Shown in pieces: positions 12,830 through 26,544 of a DNA stretch of 64,000 nt. This DNA is from Squalus acanthias (taxonomy: Eukaryota). The position numbers were made by a program, and so were the translations under genes. The first letter of the stretch is position 1. Each line of letters begins with the position of its first letter. Where the stretch lies: positions 4,216,001 to 4,280,000 of the forward strand of contig JASTWF010000034.1 in the NCBI GenBank assembly GCA_030390025.1, given 5' to 3'. The notes beneath the pieces are model-generated. The model had not been told where the DNA came from and ran no database searches. It saw nothing but the letters and a program-made list of their open reading frames with translations.

Positions 12830-13390
12830 ATCTCTTCACCAATTGGAAGTTTCAATGGCGGTGCGTTTACCCAGGATCCGCGGCGCGGCAGAAAGTGCCC
12901 TAGCAATGACTGCAGGATTCCACTGCGCAGGCGCGGAACCGAGGCGTGCTCTGAGCGTGCGCAGTACGCGTGGTGACGTCTAGAGTAATGGCGGAAAACA
13001 ATAAAAGCAACGGAAATAACAACAGAAAACGCTGGAAAAACTCAGCAGGCCAGGCAACATCCGTGGAGAGAGAAAGAGAGTTAACGTTTCAGGTCGATAT
13101 CCTTCGTCTAAAAGCAGCGGGCAGAGAGAAACAGAGCGAACGGTTCAGGTAATTTTCTGTTGTACTAATGGCCGAAAAGGCGGCTCGAGAGGCGGGAAGA
13201 CATTGTGGGGGCCGGGGAGGAATAGGCGCCCATTTGCGAGAGGATTTCTCCGCTGCGACAGGCCCGGGTTACCCCGGCAACCGGCCGCCATCTTGGTGAA
13301 GGAAGGCGGGACTTGTCCCCGCGCCGCCATCTTGGACAGGGCGGGATCAGGGCGCATGCGCCACCCACTCCCAGAGCAGGTGCAGCAGAA
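12830..13390 (+). promoter_or_regulatory. CpG-island promoter of the left zinc-finger pseudogene
   Basis: High CpG density; NRF1-like tgcgcaggcgc and gcgcatgcgc; YY1-like gccgccatctt twice; CCAAT at ~12839. Confidence 0.65.
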
Positions 13391-13395
13391 GCTGT

Positions 13396-13925
13396 TTTTT
13401 ATTCGTTTCTGCGATGTGGCAGTCGCTGGCAAGGCCAGAATTTATTACCCATCCCTAATTGCCGTTGAGAAGGTGGTGGTGAGCTGCCTTCTTAAACCGC
13501 TGCAGTCTGTGTGGTGAAGGTCCTCCCACATTGCTGTTAGTTAGGGAGTTCCTGGATTTTGACCCAGCGATGATGAAGGATCAGCGATAAACTTCTAAGT
13601 CAGGATGGTGTGTGACTTGGAGGGGAACCTGGAGGTGGAGGTGTTCCCATGAGCCTGCTGCCCTTGTTCTTCTAATGTAGAAGAGTTCACGGGTTTGGGA
13701 GGTGCTACCGATCACGACCTGGCGAGTTGCTGCAGTGCATCTTGTAGATGGTACACACTGCAGCCACGGTACGCCGGTGGTGGAGGGAGTGAATGTTTCA
13801 TGTGGTGGATGGGGTGTCAATCAAGCGGGCTGATTTGTTCTGGATGGCGTCGAGCTTCTTGAGTGTTGTTGGAGCTGTACTCATCCAGGCAAGTGGAGAG
13901 TATTCCATCACACTCCTCGCACACA
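13396..13925 (-). mobile_element. 3' fragment of a CR1/L2-group LINE (same family as 47110-48758)
   Basis: RSVMEYSPLAW and KKLDAIQNKSARLI; mirror copy at 33033-33495. Confidence 0.85.
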
Positions 13926-14150
13926 GGGGCTGCAGAACTGGAGAGCAGAGGGAGGGAGAGAGTGGGTTGGGGCAAAAATATGGTGCAATGGGCAAGGATT
14001 TCAGCACAGGGAGAGGGAGAGTGTGTGGGACAGGAACTTACAGCTTTTGGGGGAAACAAGAGAGGAAAGATTGTTCCAGAGAAAGTAGAATTGTCTGTTC
14101 TGAATTTATGTCCTGTACTTAGTGATGACTTTTGTAATCTCCTTTTTCAG

Positions 14151-14804
<654 letters not shown>

Positions 14805-15126
14805 ATTATTAAATAGAATCCACTGGTTGAGATATAGAATGATATCAATATTAAGCTAGAATAACCAGGGATTAAGTTGGGTTAAAACACAGACCAGATA
14901 GACACACATCTGCTGCCGAGCATGGGTAAGTGTGAGGATTGAATTTAATGCCAGCAGGGTGTCTGGAGGACTGCTGGGGAGTGTGGCCAGAGAATCAGTC
15001 CCTTTTGTAAAGGACATTGGAAGCTGTGAGGGTTTGAAGGTTACAGAAGCAGGTAATTAACACTCCTGTGTGGGAGAGTAAAGAGCAAACTGACAGAGAT
15101 CAATGGGCAAGCACAACGAATGATAA

Positions 15127-18100
15127 CAGCTCACCTCCCCACTAAACCACCAGCTCAACTCCCCACTTAACCAGCAGCTCACCTCCCCATTTAACCAGCA
15201 GCTCACCTCATCACTAAACCAGCAGCTCCCTGGCCCACTAAATCAGCAGCTCACTGGCCCACTAAACCAGCAGCTCACTGGCCCACTCAACCAGCAGCTC
15301 ACCTCCCCACTAAACCAGCAGCTCACCTCCCCACTTAACCAGCAGCACACTGGCCCACTAAACCAACCGCTCACCTCCCCAATAAACCAGCAGCTCACCT
15401 CCCCACTAAACCAGCAGCTCACCTCCCCACTAAACCAGCAGCTCACCTCATCACTAAACCAGCAGCTCACCTCATCACTAAACCAGCAGCTCACTGGCCC
15501 ACTAAACCAGCAGCTCACTGGCCCACTCAAACAGCAGCTCACTGGCCCACTATACCAGCAGCTCACTGGCCCACTAAACCAGCAGCTCACCGCCCCACGA
15601 AAGCAGCAGCTCACTGACCCACTAAACCAGCAGCTCACTGGCCCACTAAACCAGCAGCTCAGTGTCCCAACAAATCAGCAGCTCACTGCTCCACTAAACC
15701 AGCAGCTCACTGTCCCACTGAACCAGCAGCTCACTGGCCCACTAAATCAGCAGCTCACCTCCCCACTGATCCAGCAGCTCAACTGGCCCAAAAAACCAGC
15801 AGCTCACTGGTCCACTAAACCAGCAGCTCACTGGCCCACTAAACCAGCAGCTCACTGGCCCACTAAACCAGCAGCTCACTGGCCCACTAAACCAACAGCT
15901 CACTGTCCCACGAAACAAGCAGTTCACTGGCAACTCAACCAGCAACTCACTGGCCCACTAAACCAGCAGCTCACTGGTCCACTAAACCAGCAGCTCACTG
16001 GCCAACTCAACCAGCAGCTCACCTCCCCACTCAACCAGCAGCTCACCTCCCCACTAAATCAGCAGCTCACTGGCCCACTAAATCAGCAGCTCACTGGCCC
16101 ACTAAATCAGCAGCTCACTGGCCCACTCAACCAGCAGCTCACCTCCACAGTAAACTAGCAGCTCACTGGCCCACTAAACCAGCAGCTCACTGGCCCACTA
16201 AACCAGCAGCTCACTGGCCCACTAAACCATCAGCTCACTGGCCCACTAAACCAGCAGCTGACTGGCCCACTAAACCAGCAGCTCACTGGCCCACTAAACC
16301 AGCAGCTCACTGGCCCACTAAACCAGCATCTGACTGGCCCACTAAACCAGCAGCACACTGGCCCACTAAACGAACTGCTCACCTCCCCAATAAACCAGCA
16401 GCTCACCTCCCCACTAAACCAGCAGCACACTGGCCCACTAAACGAACAGCTCACCTCCCCAATAAACCAACAGCTCACCTCCCCACTAAACCAGCAGCTC
16501 ACCTCCCCACTAAACCAGCAGCTCACCTCCCCACTAAACCAGCAGCTCACCTCATCACTAAACCAGCAGCTCACTGGCCCACTAAAACAGCAGCTCACTG
16601 GCCCACTCAAACAGCAGCTCACTGGCCCACTAAAACAGCAGCTCACTGGCCCACTCAAACAGCAGCTCACTGGCCCACTATACCAGCAGCTCACTGGCCC
16701 ACTAAACCAGTAGCTCACTGCCCCAATAAACCAGCAGTACACTGGCTAACTAAACCAGCAGCTCACTGGCCCACTAAACCAGCAGCTCACTGGCCCACTA
16801 AACCAGCAGCTCACTGGCCCACTAAACCAGCATCTGACTGGCCCACTAAACCAGCAGCACACTGGCCCACTAAACGAACTGCTCACCTCCCCAATAAACC
16901 AGCAGCTCACCTCCCCACTAAACCAGCAGCACACTGGCCCACTAAACGAACAGCTCACCTCCCCAATAAACCAACAGCTCACCTCACCACTAAACCAGCA
17001 GCTCACCTCCCCACTAAACCAGCAGCTCACCTCCCCACTAAACCAGCAGCTCACCTCATCACTAAACCAGCAGCTCACTGGCCCACTAAACCAGCAGCTC
17101 ACTGGCCCACTCAAACAGCAGCTCACTGGCCCACTATACCAGCAGCTCACTGGCCCACTAAACCAGCAGCTCACCGCCCCACGAAACCAGCAGCTCACTG
17201 ACCCACTAAACCAGCAGCTCACTGGCCCACTAAACCAGCAGCTCAGTGTCCCAACAAATCAGCAGCTCACTGCTCCACTAATCAGCAGCTCAGGCCCACT
17301 GAACGCAGCCACAAAAGCTGAACACAGCAACCTGCCCTCACTGGCCCACTAAATCAGCAGCTCACCCCCCACTGATCCAGCAGCTCAACTGGCCCAAAAA
17401 ACCAGCAGCTCACTGGTCCACTAAACCAGCAGCTCACTGTCACACTAAACCAGCAGCTCACTGGTCCACTAAACCAGCAGCTCACTGGCCAACTCAACTA
17501 GCAGCTCACTGGCCCACTAAACCAGCAGCTCACTGGCCCACTCAAACAGCAGCTCACCTCCCCACTAAACCAGCAGCTCACTGGCCCACTAAATCAGCAG
17601 CTCACTGGCCCACTCAACCAGCAGCTCACCTCCACAGTAAACTAGCAGCTCACTGGCCCACTAAACCAGCAGCTCACTGGCCCACTAAACCAGCAGCTCA
17701 CTGGCCCACTAAACCAGCAGCTCACTGGCCCACTAAATCAGCAGCTCACTGGCCCACTCAACCAGCAGCTCACCTCCCCACTAAACCAGCAGCTCACTGG
17801 CCCACTAAACCAGCAGCTCACACGCACACTAAACCAGCAGCTCACTGGCCCACTAAATCAGCAGCTCACCTCCCCACTGATCCAGCAGCTCACCGGCCCA
17901 CTAAACCAGCAGCTCACTGACCTACTAAACCAGCAGCTCACTGACCTACTAAACCAGCAGCTCACTGACCTACTAAACCAGCAGCTCACCTCCCCACTAA
18001 ACCAGCAGCTCACTGACCTACTAAACCAGCAGCTCACTGACCTACTAAACCAGCAGCTCACTGGCCCACTCAAACAGAAGCTCACTGGCCCACTAAACCA

Positions 18101-21100
18101 GCGGCTCACTGGCCCACGAAACCATCAGCTCCCTGGCCCACTAAACTGCAGCTTAGACCCACTAAACCAGCACCTCACTGGCCCACTAAACCAGCAGCTC
18201 ACTGGCCCACTAAACCAGCAGCTCAGCTCCCCACTGAACCAGCAGCTGACTGGCCCACTAAACCAGCAGCTCACTGGACCACTAAACCAGCAGCTTGCTG
18301 GCCCAGTTAACCTGCAGCTCACTGGCCCACTCAACCAGCAGCTCACTGGCCCACTCAACCAGCAGCTCACTGGCCCACTAAACCAGCAGCTCACTGGCCA
18401 ACTAAACCAGCATCTGACTGGCCCACTAAACCAGCAGCACACTGGCCCAATAAACGAACTGCTCACCTCCCCAATAAACCAGCAGCTCACCTCCCCACTA
18501 AACCAGCAGCACACTGGCCCACTAAACCAACCGCTCACCTCCCCAATAAACCAACAGCTCTTCTCCCCACTAAACCAGCAGCTCACCTCCCCACTAAACC
18601 AGCAGCTCACCTCATCACTAAACCAGCAGCTCACCTCATCACTAAACCAGCAGCTCACTGGCCCACTAAACCAGCAGCTCACTGGCCCACTCAAACAGCA
18701 GCTCACTGGCCCACTATACCAGCAGCTCACTGGCCCACTAAACCAGCAGCTCACCGCCCCACGAAACCAGCAGCTCACTGACCCACTAAACCAGCAGCTC
18801 ACTGGCCCACTAAACCAGCAGCTCAGTGTCCCAACAAATCAGCAGCTCACTGCTCCACTAAACCAGCAGCTCACTGGCCCACTGAACCAGCAGCTCACTG
18901 GCCCACTAAATCAGCAGCTCACCTCCCCACTGATCCAGCAGCTCAACTGGCCCAAAAAACCAGCAGCTCACTGGTCCACTAAACCAGCAGCTGACTGTCA
19001 CACTAAACCAGCAGCTCAGCTCCCCCACTAAACCAGCAGCTCACTGGACCACTAAACCAGCAGCTCACTGGCCCACTAAACCAGCAGCTCACTGGCCCAC
19101 TAAACCAACAGCTCACTGGCCCACTAAACCAGCAGCTCACTGGCAACTCAACCAGCAGCTCACTGGCCCACTAAACCAGCAGCTCACTGGCCCACTAAAC
19201 CAGCAGCTCACTGGCCCACTAAACCAACAGCTCACTGTCCCACGAAACCAGCAGTTCACTGGCAACTCAACCAGCAGCTCACTGGCCCACTAAACCAGCA
19301 GCTCACTGGTCCTCTAAACCAGCAGCTCACTGGCCAACTCAACTAGCAGCTCACTGGCCCACGAAACCAGCAGCTCACTGGCCCACTAAATCAGCAGCTC
19401 ACTGGCCCACTCAACCAGCAGCTCACCTCCACAGTAAACCAGCAGCTCACTGGCCCACTAAACCAGCAGCTCACTGGCCCACTAAACCAGCAGCTCACTG
19501 GCCCACTAAACCAGCAGCTCACTGGCCCACGAAACCAGCAGCTCACTGGACCACTAAACCAGCAGCTCGCTGGCCCACTCAACCAGCAGCTCACTGGCCC
19601 ACTCAACCAGCAGCTCACTGGCCCACTCAACCAGCAGCTCACTGGCCCACTCAACCAGCAGCTCACTGGCCCACTCAACCATCAGCTCACTGGCCCACTA
19701 AACCATCAGCTCACTGGCCCACTAAACCAGCAGCTCACTGGCCCACTAAACCAGCAGCTCACTGGCCCGCAAAACCAGCAGCTCACTGTCCCACTAAACC
19801 AGCAGCACACTGTCCCACGGAACAAGCAGCTCACTGTCCCACTAAACCAGCAGCTCACTGGCACACTAAACCAGCAGCTCACTGGCCCACTCAAACAGAA
19901 GCTCACTGACCTACTAAACCAGCGGCTCACTGGCCCACTAAACCATCAGCTCACTGGCCCACTAAACCAGCAGCTCACTGACACACTAAACCAGCACCTC
20001 ACTGGCCCACTAAACCAGCAGCTCACTGGCACACTAAACCAGCAGCTCACTGGCCCACTCAAACAGAAGCTCACTGGCCCACTAAACCAGCGGCTCACTG
20101 GCCCACTAAACCAGCACCTCACTGGCCCACTAAACCAGCTGCTCACTGGCCCACTGAACAAGCAGCTCACTGGCCCACTAAACCAGCAGCTCACCTCCCC
20201 ACTGAACCAGCAGCTCAGCTCCCCACTGAACCAGCAGCTCACTTGCCCACTAAACCAGAAGCTCACTGGACCACTAAACCAGCAGCTCACTGGCCCACTC
20301 AACCAGCAGCTCACTGGCCCACTAAACCAGCAGCTCACTGGCTCACTAAATCAGCAGCTCATTAGCTCACTATACCAGCAGCTCACTGACCCACTAAACC
20401 AGCAGCTCACTGGCCCACTAAACCAGCAGCTCACCTCCCCACTAAACCAGCAGCTCACTGGCCCACTAAACGAACAACTGACTGGCCCACTGAACCAGCA
20501 GCTCACTGGCCCACTAAACCATCAGCCCCACTAAACCAGCAGCTCACTGGCCCACTAAACCAGCAGCTCACCGTCCCAATATACCAGCAGCTCACTGGCG
20601 CACTAGACCAGCAGCTCACTGGCCCACTAAACCAGCAGCTCACTGGCCCAATAAACCATCAGCTCACTGGCCCACTAAACGAACAGCTCACTGGCCCACT
20701 GAACCAGCAGCTCACTGGCCCACTAAACCATCAGCCCCACTAAACCAGCAGCTCACTGGCCCACTAAACCAGCAGCTCACCGTCCCAATAAACCGGCAGC
20801 TCACTGGCGTACTAAACCAGCAGCTCACTGGCCCACTAAACCAGCAGCTCACTGGCCCACTAAGCCAGCAGCTCACTGGCCCACTAAACCAGAAGCTCAC
20901 CTCCCCCATAAACCAGCAGCTCACAGCCCTACTAAACCAGCAGCTCACTGGCCCACTAAACCAGCAGCTCACCTCCCCACTAAACCAGCAGCTCACTGCC
21001 CTACTAAACCAGCAGCTCACTGGCCCACTAAACCAGCAGCTCACTGGCCCACTAAACCAGCAGCTCACTGTCCCACTAAACCAGCATCTGACTGGCCCAC

Positions 21101-23926
21101 TAAACCAGCAGCACACTGGCCCACTAAACGAACTGCTCACCTCCCCAATAAACCAGCAGCTCACCTCCCCACTAAACCAGCAGCACACTGGCCCACTAAA
21201 CGAACAGCTCACTTCCCCACTAAACCAGCAGCTCACCTCCCCACTAAACCAGCAGCTCACTGCCCACCAAACCAGCAGCTCACTGCCCACTAAACCAGCA
21301 GCTCACTCACCACTAAACCAGCAGCTCACTGGCCCACTAAACCAGCAGCTCACTGGCCCACTCAAACAGCAGCTCACTGGCCCACTATACCAGCAGCTCA
21401 CTGGCCCACTAAACCAGCAGCTCACTAGCCCACCAAATCAGCAGCTCACTGCTCCACTAAACCAGCAGCTCACTGGCCCACTAAACCAGCAGCTCACTAG
21501 CCCACTAAATCAGCAGCTCACTGCTCCACTAAACCAGCAGCTCACTGGCCAACTAAACTAGCAGCTCACTGGCCACTAAATCAGCAGCTCACTGGCCCAC
21601 TCAACCAGCAGCTCACTCCCACAGTAAACCTAGCAGCTCACTGGCCCACTAAACCAGCAGCTCACTGGCCCACTAAACCAGCAGCTCACTGGCCCACTAA
21701 ACCAACAGCTCACTGTCCCACGAAACCAGCAGTTCACTGGCAACTCAACCAGCAGCTCACTGGCCCACTAAACCAGCAGCTCACTGACCCACTAAACCAG
21801 CAGCTCACTGGTCCACTAAACCAGCAGCTCAGCTCCCCCACTAAACCAGCAGCTCACTGGCCCACTAAACCAGCAGCTCACTGGCCCACTAAAGCAGCAG
21901 CTCACTGGCCCACTAAACCAACAGCTCACTGTCCCACGAAACCAGCAGTTCACTGGCAACTCAACTAGCAGCTCACTGGCCCACTAAACCAGCAGCTCAC
22001 TGGCCCACTAAACCAGCAGCTCACTGGCCCACTAAATTAGCAGCTCACTGGCCCACTCAACCAGCAGCTCACCTCCACAGTAAACTAGCAGCTCACTGGC
22101 CCACTCAAACAGAAGCTCACTGGCCTACTAAACCAGCGGCTCACTGGCCCACGAAACCATCAGCTCCCTGGCCCACTAAACTGCAGCTTAGAACCACTAA
22201 ACCAGCACCTCACTGGCCCACTAAACCAGCAGCTCACCTCCCTACTGAACCAGCAGCTCAACTGGCCCAATAAACCAGCAGCTCAGTGGCCCACTAAACC
22301 AGCAGCTCACTGGCCCACTAAACCAGCAGCTAAGCTCCCCACTGAACCAGCAGCTGACTGGCCCACTAAACCAGCAGCTCACTGGACCACTAAACCAGCA
22401 GCTTGCTGGCCCAGTTAACCTGCAGCTCACTGGCCCACTCAACCAGCAGCTCACTGGCCCACTCAACCAGCAGCTCACTGGCCCACTCAACCAGCAGCTC
22501 ACTGGCCCACTCAACCAGCAGCTCACTGGCCCACTCAACCAGCAGCTCACTGGCCCACTAAACCATCAGCTCACTGGCCCACTAAACCAGCAGCTCACTG
22601 GCCCACTAAACCAGCAGCTCACTGACCCACTAAACCAGCAGCTCACTGGCCCACTAAATCAGCAGCTCACTGGCCCACTCAACCAGCAGCTCACCTCCCC
22701 ACTAAACCAGCAGCTCACTGGCCCACTACACCAGCAGCTCACTGGCCCACTAAACCAGCATCTCACTTGCCCGCTAAACCAGCAGCTCACTGTCCCACTA
22801 AACCAGCAGCACACTGTCCCACGGAACAAGCAGCTCACTGTCCCACTAAACCAGCAGCTCACTGGCACACTAAACCAGCAGCTCACTGGCCCACTCAAAC
22901 AGAAGCTCACTGACCTACTAAACCAGCGGCTCACTGGCCCACTAAACCATCAGCTCACTGGCCCACTAAACCAGCAGCTCACTGACACACTAAACCAGCA
23001 CCTCACTGGCCCACTAAACCAGCAGCTCACTGGCACACTAAACCAGCAGCTCACTGGCCCACTCAAACAGAAGCTCACTGGCCCACTAAACCAGCGGCTC
23101 ACTGGCCCACTAAACCAGCACCTCACTGGCCCACTAAACCAGCTGCTCACTGGCCCACTGAACAAGCAGCTCACTGGCCCACTAAACCAGCAGCTCACCT
23201 CCCCACTGAACCAGCAGCTCAGCTCCCCACTGAACCAGCAGCTCACTTGCCCACTAAACCAGAAGCTCACTGGACCACTAAACCAGCAGCTTGCTGGCCC
23301 AGTTAACCTGCAGCTCACTGGCCCACTAAACCAGCAGTTCACTGGCAACTCAACCAGCAGCTCACTGGCCCACTCAACCAGCAGCTCACTGGCCCACTAA
23401 ACCAGCAGCTCACTGGCTCACTAAATCAGCAGCTCACTAGCTCACTATACCAGCAGCTCACTGACCCACTAAACCAGCAGCTCACTGGCCCACTAAACCA
23501 GCAGCTCACCTCCCCACTAAACCAGCAGCTCACTGGCCCACTAAACGAACAACTGACTGGCCCACTGAACCAGCAGCTCACTGGCCCACTAAACCATCAG
23601 CCCCACTAAACCAGCAGCTCACTGGCCCACTAAACCAGCAGCTCACCGTCCCAATATACCAGCAGCTCACTGGCGCACTAGACCAGCAGCTCACTGGCCC
23701 ACTAAACGAACAGCTCACTGGCCCACTGAACCAGCAGCTCACTGGCCCACTAGACCATCAGCCCCACTAAACCAGCAGCTCACTGGCCCACTAAACCAGC
23801 AGCTCACCGTCCCAATAAACCGGCAGCTCACTGGCGTACTAAACCAGCAGCTCACTGGCCCACTAAACCAGCAGCTAACTGACACACTAAACCAGCAGCT
23901 CACTGGCCCAATAAACCAGCAGCTCA
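15127..23926 (+). repeat. 24-bp minisatellite (TCACTGGCCCACTAAACCAGCAGC)n, C-rich strand on +
   Basis: Hundreds of units; the 8-aa ORF repeat SCWFSGPV confirms period 24. Confidence 0.97.
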
Positions 23927-26344
23927 CATAGATACATAGATACATAGAAGATAGGAGCAGGAGTAGGCCATCCGGCCCTTCGAGCCTGCTCCGCCATTTA
24001 ATGAGATCATGGCTGATCCTTCAATTCAGTATCCCGTCCCCGCCTTCTCTCCGTAACCCTTAACCCCTTTTGCCTGTAGAAATATATCTAATTCCCTCTT
24101 AAATATATTTAATGAGCTGGCGTACACTGCCCTCTGTGGCAATGAGTTCCACAGGTTCACCACCCTCTGAGTGAAGAAATTCCCCCTCATTTCTGTCCTA
24201 AATGGTTTAGCCCTTATCCTTAAATTATGTCCTCTAGTTCTGTTCTCACCCGCCAAGGGAAACATTCCTTCTGCGTCTAATCTGTCTAGACCTGTCAGAA
24301 TTTTATACACTTCTATGAGGTCCCCTCTCAATCTTCTAAACTCCAGTGTGTACATCCCTAAACTACATAGTCTCTCCTCATAGGTCAATCCCGCCATTCC
24401 TGGTATCAGCCTGGTGAATCGCCGCTGCACCCCCTCCATGGCAAGAACATCTTTCCTCAGATGAGGCGACCAAAACTGTACACAGTACTCGAGGTGTGGT
24501 CTCACCAGTGCCCTGTACAGCTGCAGCAAGGTATCCCTGTTCCTGTATTCCAACCCTTTTGCTATGAAGGCCAGCATACCGTTTGCCTTCTTGACCGCCT
24601 GTTGCACCTGCATGCTCGCCTTCAGTGACTGGTGTACAAGAACACCCAGGTCTCTCTGTACTTCCCCCTCTCCCAATTTATTGCCATTTAAATAATAATT
24701 TGCCCTCCCGTTCCTGCACCCAAGGTGGATAACTTCGCACTTGTCCACATTATAGTGCATCTGCCATTTATCCGCCCAATCACCCAGTCTGTCCAAATCG
24801 CTCTGGAGCTTCCTGGTCTCCTCCTCTGAGCCCACCCCCCCTCCTAGTTTAGTGTCGTCTGCAAATTTGGAAATGCTGCATTCGACTCCCTGATCCAGGT
24901 CATTAATATAAATTGTGAACAGCTGGGGACCCAGGACAGATCCCTGTGGTACCCCACTTGTTACTGCCTGCCATTCAGAAAATGAGCCGTTTATTCCAAC
25001 TCTCTGTTTTCTATCTGACAGCCAGTTCTCTATCCACGTCAATACTTTCCCCTTTATCCCATGAGCTTCAATTTTCCATGCTAATCTTTTATGTGGGACC
25101 TTATCGAAGGCCTTTTGGAAGTCCAGGTACACCACATCTACTGGCTCTCCCCCATCTATTTTACCAGTTACTCCCTCAAAAAATTCCAATAGATTAGTCA
25201 AGCACGATTTACCCTTTGTAAATCCATGTTGACTCTGTCCTATCCTGTCCCCATTTGCTAAGTGCTCGGCTATTTCATCCTTAATGATGGACTCCAGCAA
25301 TTTGCCCACAACTGATGTAAGGCTTACAGGTCTGTAATTACCTGCTTTTTCCCTACCCCCCTTTTTGAATAGTGGGGTAACGTTAGCTACCCTCCAATCC
25401 ATGGGCACTGTTCCCGAGTCTAATGAATTCTGAAAAATCATGCTTAGTGCATCCGCTATCTCTAGGGCCACCTCCTTCAGTACCCTAGGATGCATGTTAT
25501 CAGGCCCTGGGGATTTGTCCGCCTTCAATCCCTTTAGCTTCCTTAACACCATATCCTTAGAGATATTGATTTGCGTCAGTTCCTCCTTTGCCAATGTCCC
25601 TATTTTTCCCGATATCCCAGGGAGGTTTTTTGTGTCTTCCTTCGTAAAGACTGACCCAAAGTATGCATTTAGTTGGTCTGCCATTTCCTTATTTCCCATT
25701 ATATATTCCCCCGTATCTGACTGCAATGGACCAACTTTGGTTTTCACCAGTCTTTTCCTCTTGATATACTTATAAAAGCTTTTGGAGTTAGTTTTTATAT
25801 TTTCCGCCAGCTTGCTTTCGTAAGCTATTTTGCCCTTCTTGATTAAGCCCTTTGCCCTCCTTTGCTCTATCTTAAACTGTTCCCAATCTTCCGCTCTGGC
25901 GCGTTTTTTGGCTATTTTATACGCCCTATCTTTGGATTTTATGCTGTCTCTAATTTCCCCTGTTATCCACGGTTGAGTCACCTTTTTAGATTTCCTTTTA
26001 TGCCAGATTGGTATAAACAATTTTTGCAATTTTGTCATTCTATCTTTAAATGCTTGCCATTGTTTATCTACCTCCAGTCCTCCCAGGAACGTTGTCCAAT
26101 CAGACCTACTCAGTTCCCGTCTAATGGCATCATAATTCCCCTTGTTTAAATTCAGGACCTGAGTCTCTGAGTCAATTTCTTCGCTCTCCATTTCGAGTGA
26201 GAAATCGATCATGTTATGATCGCTCTGACCCAAGGGTCCCCGTACAACAAGATTACTAATTAGTCCCTTCTCATTGCACAGTACCCAGTCCAATATAGCC
26301 TGTTCCCGAGTTGGTTCCTCGACATATTGATCCAGATAACCATC
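23927..26344 (-). mobile_element. Young CR1 LINE inserted in the 24-bp array, running into the gap
   Basis: (tctatgta)n 3' tail at 23927-23948, short 3' UTR, uninterrupted ORF2. Confidence 0.95.
24026..26344 (-). CDS. CR1 ORF2 (APE endonuclease C-terminus plus reverse transcriptase), 5'-incomplete
   Basis: PLGQSDHNMI, KSPGPD, NYRPVSLTS, YLDFQKAFD, GVPQGSVLGP and KFADDTKL; open for more than 755 codons up to the N gap. Confidence 0.93.
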   Translation of the reverse strand, partial: DGYLDQYVEEPTREQAILDWVLCNEKGLISNLVVRGPLGQSDHNMIDFSLEMESEEIDSETQVLNLNKGNYDAIRRELSRSDWTTFLGGLEVDKQWQAFKDRMTKLQKLFIPIWHKRKSKKVTQPWITGEIRDSIKSKDRAYKIAKKRARAEDWEQFKIEQRRAKGLIKKGKIAYESKLAENIKTNSKSFYKYIKRKRLVKTKVGPLQSDTGEYIMGNKEMADQLNAYFGSVFTKEDTKNLPGISGKIGTLAKEELTQINISKDMVLRKLKGLKADKSPGPDNMHPRVLKEVALEIADALSMIFQNSLDSGTVPMDWRVANVTPLFKKGGREKAGNYRPVSLTSVVGKLLESIIKDEIAEHLANGDRIGQSQHGFTKGKSCLTNLLEFFEGVTGKIDGGEPVDVVYLDFQKAFDKVPHKRLAWKIEAHGIKGKVLTWIENWLSDRKQRVGINGSFSEWQAVTSGVPQGSVLGPQLFTIYINDLDQGVECSISKFADDTKLGGGVGSEEETRKLQSDLDRLGDWADKWQMHYNVDKCEVIHLGCRNGRANYYLNGNKLGEGEVQRDLGVLVHQSLKASMQVQQAVKKANGMLAFIAKGLEYRNRDTLLQLYRALVRPHLEYCVQFWSPHLRKDVLAMEGVQRRFTRLIPGMAGLTYEERLCSLGMYTLEFRRLRGDLIEVYKILTGLDRLDAEGMFPLAGENRTRGHNLRIRAKPFRTEMRGNFFTQRVVNLWNSLPQRAVYASSLNIFKRELDIFLQAKGVKGYGEKAGTGY

Positions 26345-26544
26345 NNNNNNNNNNNNNNNNNNNNNNNNNNNNNNNNNNNNNNNNNNNNNNNNNNNNNNNN
26401 NNNNNNNNNNNNNNNNNNNNNNNNNNNNNNNNNNNNNNNNNNNNNNNNNNNNNNNNNNNNNNNNNNNNNNNNNNNNNNNNNNNNNNNNNNNNNNNNNNNN
26501 NNNNNNNNNNNNNNNNNNNNNNNNNNNNNNNNNNNNNNNNNNNN
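26345..26544. other. Assembly gap (200 N)
   Basis: Run of N; the round length suggests a scaffolding spacer. Confidence 1.

Noticed and set aside
17281..17345. Scrambled patch inside the 24-bp array
   Set aside because: Looks like deletion-rich low-quality consensus rather than an insertion.
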